Notes under the pieces: model-generated | The model's database searches: none | The model's input: the letters and a program-made list of their open reading frames with translations, nothing else | Told to the model about the DNA's origin: nothing | Shown: positions 49,895-58,403 of the stretch, in pieces | Position numbering within the stretch: position 1 is the first letter of the stretch | Layout of the letters: each line of letters starts with the position of its first letter | Assembly: GCA_963796285.1 (NCBI GenBank) | Contig: CAWCKW010000003.1 | Span: forward strand, 96,001 to 160,000 | Source of the DNA: Nitrospirota bacterium | GTDB taxonomy: Bacteria; Nitrospirota; UBA9217 | Direction: 5' to 3' | Length of the DNA stretch: 64,000 bases | Program-made: the position numbers and the translations under genes

Positions 49895-50749
49895 TTATCG
49901 TTGCACTGTCTTTTTAACGACCCTCATGGCGGCCCCCACTGTTGCGGTTGAGGTGATTTCAGCTTGATAATGTGCGGATTCTCCGTTTGCGAGTACCGGC
50001 GTCACCCGCGCATTTAGGGCATGCGACGGCGGCGTGGTCTGCGATGCGGCATCCTGGCAGCGCTGAACACCCGTTACAGTCATGGTGACGCCGGAAAGAG
50101 AAGATCCTGTATAGAGGATCTCTTCACCTTCGATGTCGAGTGTGCCTCCACTTAAGAATTTATTATTGGCCGGTATGGCATTGGCCGCTATGATAAAGGA
50201 CGTGGGCGAAGAGCAATTAGCAGGTAAGGCCTGTGACAGCTTCGTCACCGGGTAAACATTACTTCCCCTCGGATGAGTAATAGTAACGCTCGAAACCACC
50301 AGGGTAAATGTTCCAACGCCGACCGCAGTGTATTGCACAATCTCCGCGTCAACGGTAAAATCATCGCCGATCTGCAATGACCCAGACGGGGGGAAGCGGT
50401 TCGTACTGTAAACGGTAGCGGGAGTTTTACCGGGCAAAAGGCGCTTCTTAAGCTTGGTTGCCGGGATGTTCGTGACCGCAATAAAGGAACCGCCGCCCAG
50501 GTTTGGCGAGGTAGTATCGACAGGATCGGGACTGCGATACCAGTCAACATTTTGTGCAAGAATTCGTTGTTCGTACTCCACCCCGCCCTCGGCAATGGAG
50601 AGCGCCTGCGTCGATTGCGCGTCGTTCACCGAAGTAAAGGTGCTCGTGCCGACCATCGTCAGCAACATCACTCCCATGAACGCGATCACGACGATGATAA
50701 ATATGGCAACGATGAGAGAGACACCCCTTGTGTTATACAACATTGTCAT
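49895..50749 (-). CDS. Minor pilin, PilX/MshP-like
   Basis: RG-VSLIVAIF (no Glu5); QAL.IAEGGVE. Confidence 0.8.
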   Translation of the reverse strand: MTMLYNTRGVSLIVAIFIIVVIAFMGVMLLTMVGTSTFTSVNDAQSTQALSIAEGGVEYEQRILAQNVDWYRSPDPVDTTSPNLGGGSFIAVTNIPATKLKKRLLPGKTPATVYSTNRFPPSGSLQIGDDFTVDAEIVQYTAVGVGTFTLVVSSVTITHPRGSNVYPVTKLSQALPANCSSPTSFIIAANAIPANNKFLSGGTLDIEGEEILYTGSSLSGVTMTVTGVQRCQDAASQTTPPSHALNARVTPVLANGESAHYQAEITSTATVGAAMRVVKKTVQR

Positions 50750-50792
50750 ATCTGCACCTGTATTTTTTGACCCATGACCCTTGGCCCTTTTA

Positions 50793-51383
50793 TTAAAAAT
50801 TCCTTGGATGGACCCTGGTTCGCATCTGAAGTGTATCTGAACCCTGTTGGGAAGTAATGACAATATCGATGAACCACAATAGATTCAAATCCGCCGGCAG
50901 AATTGCGGCCGTGTTGTCATTTTTATAATAACTGAAGGAAAGCGCGCTGATCCCGGATGCCAGGACATCATTCCCTACTCCATTCCACCGGTTCAGTGTC
51001 GTACCCGTTAACTGAAAACCCGACGGTGCTCCGTTCACATCCGTAAAGCGAAGGTTGGTGGCCGTATAGGCCGTGATATCCGCCGGATCCGTGCTCCTGA
51101 TCAGCCGGATATCCCTCGCCATCCGTTCCATGGCAAGCCTGGCCTGGTAGTGCACACCGCTGAGGTTCTGCTCTTGTGAGCTTGCCTTCATCCCCTCAAG
51201 GATGATCAGGGCCGCAATACTGGAAATGATCCCGACGATCACGATCGTAATGATGGCCTCAAAAAGGGTAAAGCCTTTTGAGTGCGGAGTGTGGAGCGTT
51301 GAGTTCGGCGTTGAACTTGTGCAAGACGCGTCCTGCATCTTGATCCTTTTTGTATTCCGCACAATATAACCCACAATCCGCAT
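50793..51383 (-). CDS. Minor pilin, MshO/PilW-like
   Basis: KG-FTLFEAII; ARLAMERMARDIR; V.PRN tail. Confidence 0.82.
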   Translation of the reverse strand: MRIVGYIVRNTKRIKMQDASCTSSTPNSTLHTPHSKGFTLFEAIITIVIVGIISSIAALIILEGMKASSQEQNLSGVHYQARLAMERMARDIRLIRSTDPADITAYTATNLRFTDVNGAPSGFQLTGTTLNRWNGVGNDVLASGISALSFSYYKNDNTAAILPADLNLLWFIDIVITSQQGSDTLQMRTRVHPRNF

Positions 51384-51395
51384 TCGAGGCTCCTG

Positions 51396-51854
51396 CTAAT
51401 AATTCGTTATGAGCGACTCCACGCTGACGTTTCCGATTGTCGGCTGAGTGACCGTCACGGTCACGTGTTTGTAGTTCGTCGCCACTGCGCAATTCGACTG
51501 ATCATTCAGGTTTCCCGCAGGAACAAAACAGATTGTACGAGTGCAAAAGAACCCTGCCACTATCGTCGAATTACAGGGCGGGCTGCCTGTCACTAATGTG
51601 CCGGCACTAAATCCGTTCGTCGCCTTTTCACCGAACACCTGGTCCATCTCCCCCTGCGCAAGCTGCGTTGCCTGACTGAGGATGAGCGGGTTTGCGCTTC
51701 CTTTCATGCCGCTGGTAAAGACTGAAAGAACGCCCACCGCCGCGAGCGAGAGGACCACGAGGGTAATAATGGTCTCGATCAGGGTGAAACCCTTCGAGTT
51801 CGGAATTCGGAGTTCGAAGTTCGGAGTTATAATCCTGACATCTGCAATCCGCAC
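51396..51854 (-). CDS. Minor pilin, MshD/PilV-like
   Basis: KG-FTLIETII; SANP....A..LAQ..M; K.VTVTVT; TNY tail. Confidence 0.82.
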   Translation of the reverse strand: MRIADVRIITPNFELRIPNSKGFTLIETIITLVVLSLAAVGVLSVFTSGMKGSANPLILSQATQLAQGEMDQVFGEKATNGFSAGTLVTGSPPCNSTIVAGFFCTRTICFVPAGNLNDQSNCAVATNYKHVTVTVTQPTIGNVSVESLITNY

Positions 51855-51897
51855 GTCTTGTCTTAGCCTCCCACTTTCTTATCCTTCTCGACTTCGA

Positions 51898-52431
51898 TCA
51901 ATTCACTGCTCCGGTCTGTGCCGTAACAGTCACGGTGCCAACGGCAACCGCGTTCGCGTTCACCGAAATCATCAGCCCGGAGGACGGAGACAAACAGTTC
52001 GCCGGGACTGCATTACAATTGTATGGCCTGCCGAGAGAATCATACTCAAGACAGTTCATCCCCGGCGTAGGCGTAACGGTAATACCAGCATAGTTTCCCG
52101 TGTTCAATACGACACTCAAGCTCACACCTCCGGCAGGATCAACCGCTGCTGTAAAGCCGCTGCAATCGCGCAGGGCGCTCGTGTCGATCACCACGGCATA
52201 CCCGGCGGGAATTGGCGCGGTGCCGGTCCCATTGAAATAAACCCTCGCCCTGCTGTTTCTCGTCATGGCAAGGTCCTGCGCGTAGCGGATGTCCGCACGC
52301 AGTTTGTCGGTAAACGCCGCGGCATTCGTGGTCGTTATGGTACCCAGCCTCGGGATAACAACCGCAGCCATGATGCCGATAAGCACCAGGACCATCACAA
52401 GTTCTATGAGCGTGAAACCCTTACGATCCAT
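51898..52431 (-). CDS. Minor pilin, MshC/FimT-like
   Basis: KG-FTLIELVMV; L.ADIRYAQ.LAM; YDSLGRP; QTGAV. Confidence 0.85.
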   Translation of the reverse strand: MDRKGFTLIELVMVLVLIGIMAAVVIPRLGTITTTNAAAFTDKLRADIRYAQDLAMTRNSRARVYFNGTGTAPIPAGYAVVIDTSALRDCSGFTAAVDPAGGVSLSVVLNTGNYAGITVTPTPGMNCLEYDSLGRPYNCNAVPANCLSPSSGLMISVNANAVAVGTVTVTAQTGAVN

Positions 52432-52484
52432 AGTTTTTCACAGTATATCAACATCAGGATGATAGTTCAAGGCGTCTGAAGCAT

Positions 52485-54461
52485 CTATCCCCGGCTCCTG
52501 TCCAGAAGGTCCTGCACGGCTTTCCGGTCCGGAGAATCCTGCGGCAGGAGTTCCAGCGCCTTCCGGAAATACTTTCCCGCCTCCTGACGGCTACCAGTTT
52601 CAAGCAGGACCTGTCCCATGCCTTTATAAGCCGGCGCGTATCCAGGGGACATTTTGGACATTATTGAAAAATGCTTGAATGCCTCGTTATAATTCTTCTT
52701 TTCAAGGTACGTCGTCGCGATGATATTTCTTATATATATGTTCATCGGATCGGCCAGCAGGGCCTTGTTCATGATTTCCCTGCCTTTTTCCGGCTCGCCC
52801 AGCTCAAAATAAGCCTGCGCGACCATCAGGTAATCTTCCGATTTTTGCGGGATACCCTTTGCTGCCGCTAGGTAATATTCCGCAGCTTTCTTTTTATTGC
52901 CGAGCTGTTTGTAACATTCGGCGATTGATCCTAAAACTGCGGGCGAATAGTTTTTCCCCTCAGAGGCCTTTGTGAAAGTATCAATGGCCTTTCGGTAATC
53001 TTTTTTTTGTTTATAAATGGAACCCAGATTGTAATAGTATATTTCCGCCGAGATCGACCCTTTCAGGGTCAACATTATCTCCTCAGCCTTATTCAGGTCA
53101 TCCTTCATAAAATAGGCAATCGCCAGGTTCAGGTATGTTGCGATCGCGCGGTTGCCTTGTTTCAGCGAAAGCTCCATAATGCCGATGGCCTTGTCAATAT
53201 TTCCACGTTCCAGATAGGCCGCACTTAAATTGACATAGGACTTGCTTTTTTCGGGCGCTTTTTTTAGGGCATCGGCCCAAAGCGTGATGGGGTCTCTATA
53301 CACGTCATTCCGCATAAAGGTCAAGACGCCGAAGAGCAGGACAATGCCGACGATTGCGGCAATGCAGGTTCTTGTATACCGCTGCGATGCATCAACGAAC
53401 AGCTTGCTGAGGGCAAGGCAAAAGCCGAGCCCCGCAGCGTAGACCCATCGCTCTGTCATGTAATCGCTCATGCGCATTACAAGAAACGGCGTCAAGTTGA
53501 TGAAGAACCAGAGGATGGAAAAAGACAGCACACGGTTTTTATTTCTGAGGAGATACGCAATCAGAAGAAGTCCCGCGACGACCGCCATGGAAAGCACAAC
53601 GCGAGGATCGAATGAGGTCGACTCTGTAACTGAATGGTCGATCGTCAGTCCCAGGGGGACGATCATCAGCCGGATATAGTCAGCAAATACCTTGATCTCA
53701 GTCAATAGGTGCGTTGTCCAGGGTCGGTCATACATTTCAGGGTGGGCGATACTGCCGGCATAATACAGAAAACCCGCTGCCATTATTGCCCAAAAAGGCA
53801 GGTGAAATTTAATTCTCGAGAGAAAATTTTGGTCCTTCCTCACAACAAAATAATAATCGAACAGGATAAGGAGGGCAGGCAAGACAATCGCGGACTCCTT
53901 CGACGCCAGACCGAGGAAAAAACAGAGGAGGGCGAGCCCATAGAGGATGGGGGAGAATGCCTTCTCCGTAGCTCGAAAAAACAGAAGCATCGTTCCCAGC
54001 ATTAAGAGCGTGGACAACTCCGAAGACCGGCTCGATATATAGGTTACGCTTTCAGTATTGATCGGATGCACCGTAAAGAAAAGCGCCGCAAGTAGCGCTA
54101 TGGCGTGATACCGATCATCGTCTTTATTGTCGACATAGCGGGCGATCAGCAGATAGAACGTAAAAGCAACAGCAATGTGGATGCTCAGATTGACCAGATG
54201 GTATCCGAACGTATCCAGACCACCCGCCATATAATTGAGGTAAAAGGTAAAAAGAAGAAAAGCCCTGCTGGTTATCACCGCAGCGAAGTGCCCGGTTATC
54301 CAGTCCAGATAAAGCGGGAAGGACTTGATGATGAGTTGTTCTTTCAGAAAATGAAAATCATCATAATGAAAAGGTACGCTGAAGGAATTGATATAGGCGA
54401 GCAAGCCTGTCAATGTGAGGAAGAGCAAAACCGTTCTTTTGCGGATCACGGTGGAATGCAT
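52485..54461 (-). CDS. TMTC-like GT-C fold glycosyltransferase with C-terminal TPRs
   Basis: FHYDD after TM1; GYHLVNLSIH; HPINTESVTYISSRS; SKESA; ERWVY; RN.VY.D...LW.DAL.K.P; about seven TPRs. Confidence 0.8.
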   Translation of the reverse strand: MHSTVIRKRTVLLFLTLTGLLAYINSFSVPFHYDDFHFLKEQLIIKSFPLYLDWITGHFAAVITSRAFLLFTFYLNYMAGGLDTFGYHLVNLSIHIAVAFTFYLLIARYVDNKDDDRYHAIALLAALFFTVHPINTESVTYISSRSSELSTLLMLGTMLLFFRATEKAFSPILYGLALLCFFLGLASKESAIVLPALLILFDYYFVVRKDQNFLSRIKFHLPFWAIMAAGFLYYAGSIAHPEMYDRPWTTHLLTEIKVFADYIRLMIVPLGLTIDHSVTESTSFDPRVVLSMAVVAGLLLIAYLLRNKNRVLSFSILWFFINLTPFLVMRMSDYMTERWVYAAGLGFCLALSKLFVDASQRYTRTCIAAIVGIVLLFGVLTFMRNDVYRDPITLWADALKKAPEKSKSYVNLSAAYLERGNIDKAIGIMELSLKQGNRAIATYLNLAIAYFMKDDLNKAEEIMLTLKGSISAEIYYYNLGSIYKQKKDYRKAIDTFTKASEGKNYSPAVLGSIAECYKQLGNKKKAAEYYLAAAKGIPQKSEDYLMVAQAYFELGEPEKGREIMNKALLADPMNIYIRNIIATTYLEKKNYNEAFKHFSIMSKMSPGYAPAYKGMGQVLLETGSRQEAGKYFRKALELLPQDSPDRKAVQDLLDRSRG

Positions 54462-54533
54462 TCAACCCTTTTTATATAAATTGTCTATAGGGACTTCTCC
54501 CCATTGCCAATCATGGTACGCATGGTCAAATTA

Positions 54534-54878
54534 TTACAGCGCTACTCCCGTCAGATTGCATAGACGGGTTGACCCCTGATAGGAAATCGTTACGTTCGCT
54601 GCTGTCGCCCCGGTCGCCGTTGCCGAGCCGCCTAAATCAGTATTAGAAATAACATTGGCGAACGGCTTCAGCGTTCCCCGTGGATACCCCGTATACGAAG
54701 ACGCGATCAAGACTGCGCCGCTTGACTTCAATCCACCGCACATGCCATCAAAGCTTGCACTCAGCGCGTCTGTACGCATATCAATATACTTAGGGATCGC
54801 CACCGCGGCCAGTATGCCGAGGATGACGATGACCATGACCAGCTCGATTAACGTGAATCCCTTCTGAGTTCTTGCCAT
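54534..54878 (-). CDS. Type IVa (MshA-like) pilin, paralog 2
   Basis: QKG-FTLIELVMVIVILGILAAVAIPKY; two Cys. Confidence 0.92.
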   Translation of the reverse strand: MARTQKGFTLIELVMVIVILGILAAVAIPKYIDMRTDALSASFDGMCGGLKSSGAVLIASSYTGYPRGTLKPFANVISNTDLGGSATATGATAANVTISYQGSTRLCNLTGVAL

Positions 54879-54926
54879 CAATTATCCCTCTTGCGAAAAT
54901 AGTTAGGCATGCATTTGACCCCTGTC

Positions 54927-54964
54927 AAAAAAATTGGCTATGGGGATTGCTCCCCATAGCCAAT
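54927..54964 (-). terminator. Intrinsic terminator after pilin paralog 1; degenerate copy at 54478-54511
   Basis: Perfect 14-bp stem ATTGGCTATGGGGA/TCCCCATAGCCAAT with a T run on the minus strand. Confidence 0.88.
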
Positions 54965-54986
54965 CATGGTTTCCATTACCTAACTG

Positions 54987-55325
54987 TTACTGCACGACTG
55001 CCGTCAAATCGCATGCACGAGTAGACCCCTGATAGGAAATTGTTGCTACCTTTCCTGCTACAGTCGTCGTTGCGCTGCCTAAATCAGTATTCGCAAGAAC
55101 GTCAGCAATCGGCTTTAGCGATCCCCGAGGATACCCGGTATATGAAGACGCGATCAAAACCCCGCCGCTTGACTTCAACCCTCCGCACATGCCATCAAAG
55201 CTTGCACTCAGCGCGTCTGTCCGCATATCAATATACTTCGGGATCGCCACTGCCGCCAGGATACCCAGAATCACGATGACCATGACCAACTCAATTAATG
55301 TAAAACCTTTCTGTGTTCTTACCAT
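54987..55325 (-). CDS. Type IVa (MshA-like) pilin, paralog 1; likely the major pilin
   Basis: Same N-terminus as paralog 2; strong RBS AAGGAGG; its own terminator. Confidence 0.92.
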   Translation of the reverse strand: MVRTQKGFTLIELVMVIVILGILAAVAIPKYIDMRTDALSASFDGMCGGLKSSGGVLIASSYTGYPRGSLKPIADVLANTDLGSATTTVAGKVATISYQGSTRACDLTAVVQ

Positions 55326-55465
55326 TTTTGTTCCCTCCTTAGAATTTGTATTATTAAACGCCCTATCGTATTTCGCAAATCGATCGATTTCATAACAACA
55401 CTGTCAACATAATTAAAGCACTCGGCGCGCCTTGCCGTGCCACTTGCCGTCCATTGCAACTGCGA

Positions 55466-55903
55466 TCAGCAGCCGGTTAAAGACGTACTAACGGTACCGG
55501 TAGCGCCGCTATACATTGCCCCGCATGTCCCGCTTCCGCCATTTTCAGGCTGAAACGTTACTGCGTTTGGATCCGCAAGATTGATGTTAAACCCCGCCGT
55601 ATCGGTAAGAGCGGAGATTATGCCGGCTTGCGTACCAGCAGGAATCCCAAGGGGAGCGTTCACAAGGACACCGTCCATATCAATACTCGTGCCGCTCGCA
55701 TATCCTGACACCATGTACTTTGCCTTTGAAACGATCACGGCTGCTCTCAGGCCGCCGGCCATGCCGTTTACCGCCGCTTTCCGAGCATCAGTTACGATAT
55801 TGATATACCGAGGTATGGCCACAGCCGCTAGAATTCCCAAGATCACGATGACGATTACCAGTTCGATGAGGGTGAAACCTTTTTGTTCTCTTGCCATTTT
55901 CAT
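55466..55903 (-). CDS. MshA/MshB-like pilin
   Basis: QKG-FTLIELVIVIVILGILAAVAIPRY...ARKAAV.G.AG.LR.A; C-terminal C...Y..........GC. Confidence 0.88.
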   Translation of the reverse strand: MKMAREQKGFTLIELVIVIVILGILAAVAIPRYINIVTDARKAAVNGMAGGLRAAVIVSKAKYMVSGYASGTSIDMDGVLVNAPLGIPAGTQAGIISALTDTAGFNINLADPNAVTFQPENGGSGTCGAMYSGATGTVSTSLTGC

Positions 55904-55986
55904 CTCCTTCCTCCTAATTTTACACATATTATCTGTTCCCAAAAGACATTTGATGCAACGCCCAAGCATGGAAACCCGTGTGTATG

Positions 55987-56451
55987 CTACCAGTTTTCAT
56001 ACCCTCTTGTCGTCGCCTTGACCGCTCCGAGAACAGGATCGTACGCGTAGTAATTGCCGAATGGATCCACAAGATGCCCCTGTGCATCCAGCGCCTGTGC
56101 TACAAGATATTTCTCGTCTAAAAATATCGACCCCGCAGATGGATCAGGCCCCATTCTCGAAGGAAGCATGACACTTTTTTCAATAAGTTCATTGAGGCTC
56201 GTGGGGTTTCGTTCATTCAACGCACGAAAAAGTCGGATGCTCGAACGAATATTCGCCAACCCCATTTTAAGGGCCGCTTCCTGGGCCTCGTGGGCCACTC
56301 GCTGATATTTCGGAATCACAACGCCGATCAGAATGCCGATGAGACAGAGAGTGATGACAGCATCAACGATCGTGAGCCCTTTTGCATTCTTGAACCAGGT
56401 CCCCACGCTGCCTCCGAAACGGCTTGTGGTTAAAATATACGCTTTTTGCAA
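55987..56451 (-). CDS. Pilin-like or pseudopilin protein
   Basis: KG-LTIVD followed by a hydrophobic helix; P.SL.EL; DPFG..Y.YD...G.V. Confidence 0.7.
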   Translation of the reverse strand: MQKAYILTTSRFGGSVGTWFKNAKGLTIVDAVITLCLIGILIGVVIPKYQRVAHEAQEAALKMGLANIRSSIRLFRALNERNPTSLNELIEKSVMLPSRMGPDPSAGSIFLDEKYLVAQALDAQGHLVDPFGNYYAYDPVLGAVKATTRGYENW

Positions 56452-56534
56452 TGCAGAGTCAACGTATACTTTTGTTCAAAACCATTAAAGATAGCCTAAT
56501 AGTAACAGGCCCGAAACGGTGTTGAGCTGTTCGA

Positions 56535-57752
56535 TTACCTCTTGAACAGACTCATCATATTCCACATGGGGAGGAAGATCCCCAGGGCCAGGAACAGGAC
56601 CATGCCGCCGACAAAAAGAAGCAGGATCGGCTCGATCATGGTCGCAAGGTTGCGAAGGGTATACTCAACGTCCATGTCGTAGTAATCGGAGACCTTGTTC
56701 AACATGGTATCGAGCTGTCCCGTTTCCTCGCCCACCGCCATCATCTGTATGACCAGCGGCGGGAAAAGTCCCGAGGACTCCATCGGCGCGGTCAGCCCCT
56801 TGCCGTCCCGGAGACTATCGCTCATGGATTCAACCGCCCGGGCGATCACTACATTGCCGACCGTCTCTCCCGCGATCTCGAGCGTCAGCATCATGGAGAT
56901 GCCGCTTTTCTGCATGGCGCTGAATATTCGCGCGAACCGCGAGAGTGCCACTTTTTGAAAAAGGGTGCCGAACACGGGTAGTTTGAGCTTCAGCCGGTCC
57001 CACTGCCATCTGCCCGCCGGTGTTCCCAGGTACCAGATCACTCCCCACACAGTCAGGGTGATGCCGATAATAATAAGATACCAGTAGTGCTGGACAACGT
57101 AGTTGATGTTGATCAGGATGCGGGTGGGCAGCGGCAGCTCTGTTTTAAACTGGGCAAAGATCGCCGCGAACTTCGGGATCACGAACGTGACAAGAAATGC
57201 AAATGCTGCAGAGATGGCGATCACAACGATCAGCGGATACCGGACAGCTGCCTTCACCCGTGCGCGGGTTTCAGCCTCATGCTCCGAAAGGAGCGCCAGC
57301 CGGCTCAGGATATCGTCGAGGATACCGGCCGTCTCACCGGCCCGGACCATGCTCACGTACAGTTTGTTGAATAACTTGGGCTGCCTGGCAAGGGCATCGG
57401 AGAACGAGCTGCCGGCCTCGATATCACGCCTGAGCTGGGAAATTGCGGCCTTCAACCGCGGATTTTCCGACTGCCGTTCGAGTGTTACAAGGCCCTGGAT
57501 AAAAGGGATGCCCGCGCTCATGAGCGTGGAAAGCTGTCTGCTGAAGATGATGAGGTCCTGCGGCGTGACCCGGGAAAACAGTGCACCGAGGTCGGTCGCC
57601 GACAGCCGCGCCGGCTCCTGCTCCTCGATCAGCACCGGGATGTGTCCCATACCGGAGAGCTGGTCCGCTACGCCCTCTTTGCGCACGGCCTCCATCGTAC
57701 CGGTGTGCAGCACGCCGTCCTTATCCCTGGCCCTATATCGGTAAAGCGGCAT
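56535..57752 (-). CDS. Pilus platform protein PilC/MshG (T2SSF family)
   Basis: FSRQLSTL..AG, AGETAG.LD, YP, VGEETG.LD.ML, IEP, IFLPM. Confidence 0.93.
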   Translation of the reverse strand: MPLYRYRARDKDGVLHTGTMEAVRKEGVADQLSGMGHIPVLIEEQEPARLSATDLGALFSRVTPQDLIIFSRQLSTLMSAGIPFIQGLVTLERQSENPRLKAAISQLRRDIEAGSSFSDALARQPKLFNKLYVSMVRAGETAGILDDILSRLALLSEHEAETRARVKAAVRYPLIVVIAISAAFAFLVTFVIPKFAAIFAQFKTELPLPTRILININYVVQHYWYLIIIGITLTVWGVIWYLGTPAGRWQWDRLKLKLPVFGTLFQKVALSRFARIFSAMQKSGISMMLTLEIAGETVGNVVIARAVESMSDSLRDGKGLTAPMESSGLFPPLVIQMMAVGEETGQLDTMLNKVSDYYDMDVEYTLRNLATMIEPILLLFVGGMVLFLALGIFLPMWNMMSLFKR

Positions 57753-57951
57753 GAATACCCCCGGACAAAAAACACGTGAGAGCCGGAAATCAGCGTTAAG
57801 ACCATCAGAACACGGATGCGAGCAGGGATCAAGAGCTCAGACTATCAGATTGCGGACTGAAAAAAAGCCGTATACTTCCCCTTACCTCTGTCATTTGTTG
57901 CTAAACATTATCACAAAAAAAAGCATTCTGCAACAATACAAAATAAAATCA

Positions 57952-57980
57952 TTGACAAGCCCGGTTTACTGGGGTATATT
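57952..57980 (+). promoter_or_regulatory. Sigma70 promoter of rho, followed by a ~420-nt leader
   Basis: TTGACA-17 nt-TATATT. Confidence 0.75.
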
Positions 57981-58403
57981 TTCTCCAGTCATCGAATAAC
58001 CCTGACCAAACACCCCGTGTTATTGCAAAAACCCAGCATACTGATAACCAGGTAAAAACACTGCATACCGTTTACACAGAGAGGTCTTTTATCACGTAAG
58101 CAACCCGCTGACAGACTACGTTGTTGCTGATCATTCACAACAATCAGCCTGACGGAACCAGCCTCCTTATAAAAACCAACATCACGCTATACACAACGCT
58201 TATACCTGCAACAGCAGGAGCAGCATAGCCCCGCCAGAGATCAAAGACGGGCTTATCAACAATCACGGAACATTTAACAGACGTCTCCGGATCGCTCGCG
58301 AGGGCGCGCCGGACGATCTCTGCACGGAGTAGACCATCAACCCACCTCTCACCAGGTACATACCGCACGCGCCCCAGCAAACCACGGGCCAAGGAGTAAA
58401 ACC

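Noticed and set aside
54534-55325. Twin pilins as a DGR or shufflon
   Set aside because: Differences are not restricted to adenines, both copies are complete genes in the same orientation, and no RT or invertase is in the window.
55418-55442. Sigma54 promoter upstream of pilin 1 (TGGCAC on the minus strand); also TGGCAC near 6718
   Set aside because: The -12 TTGC element is absent at the required spacing in both cases.
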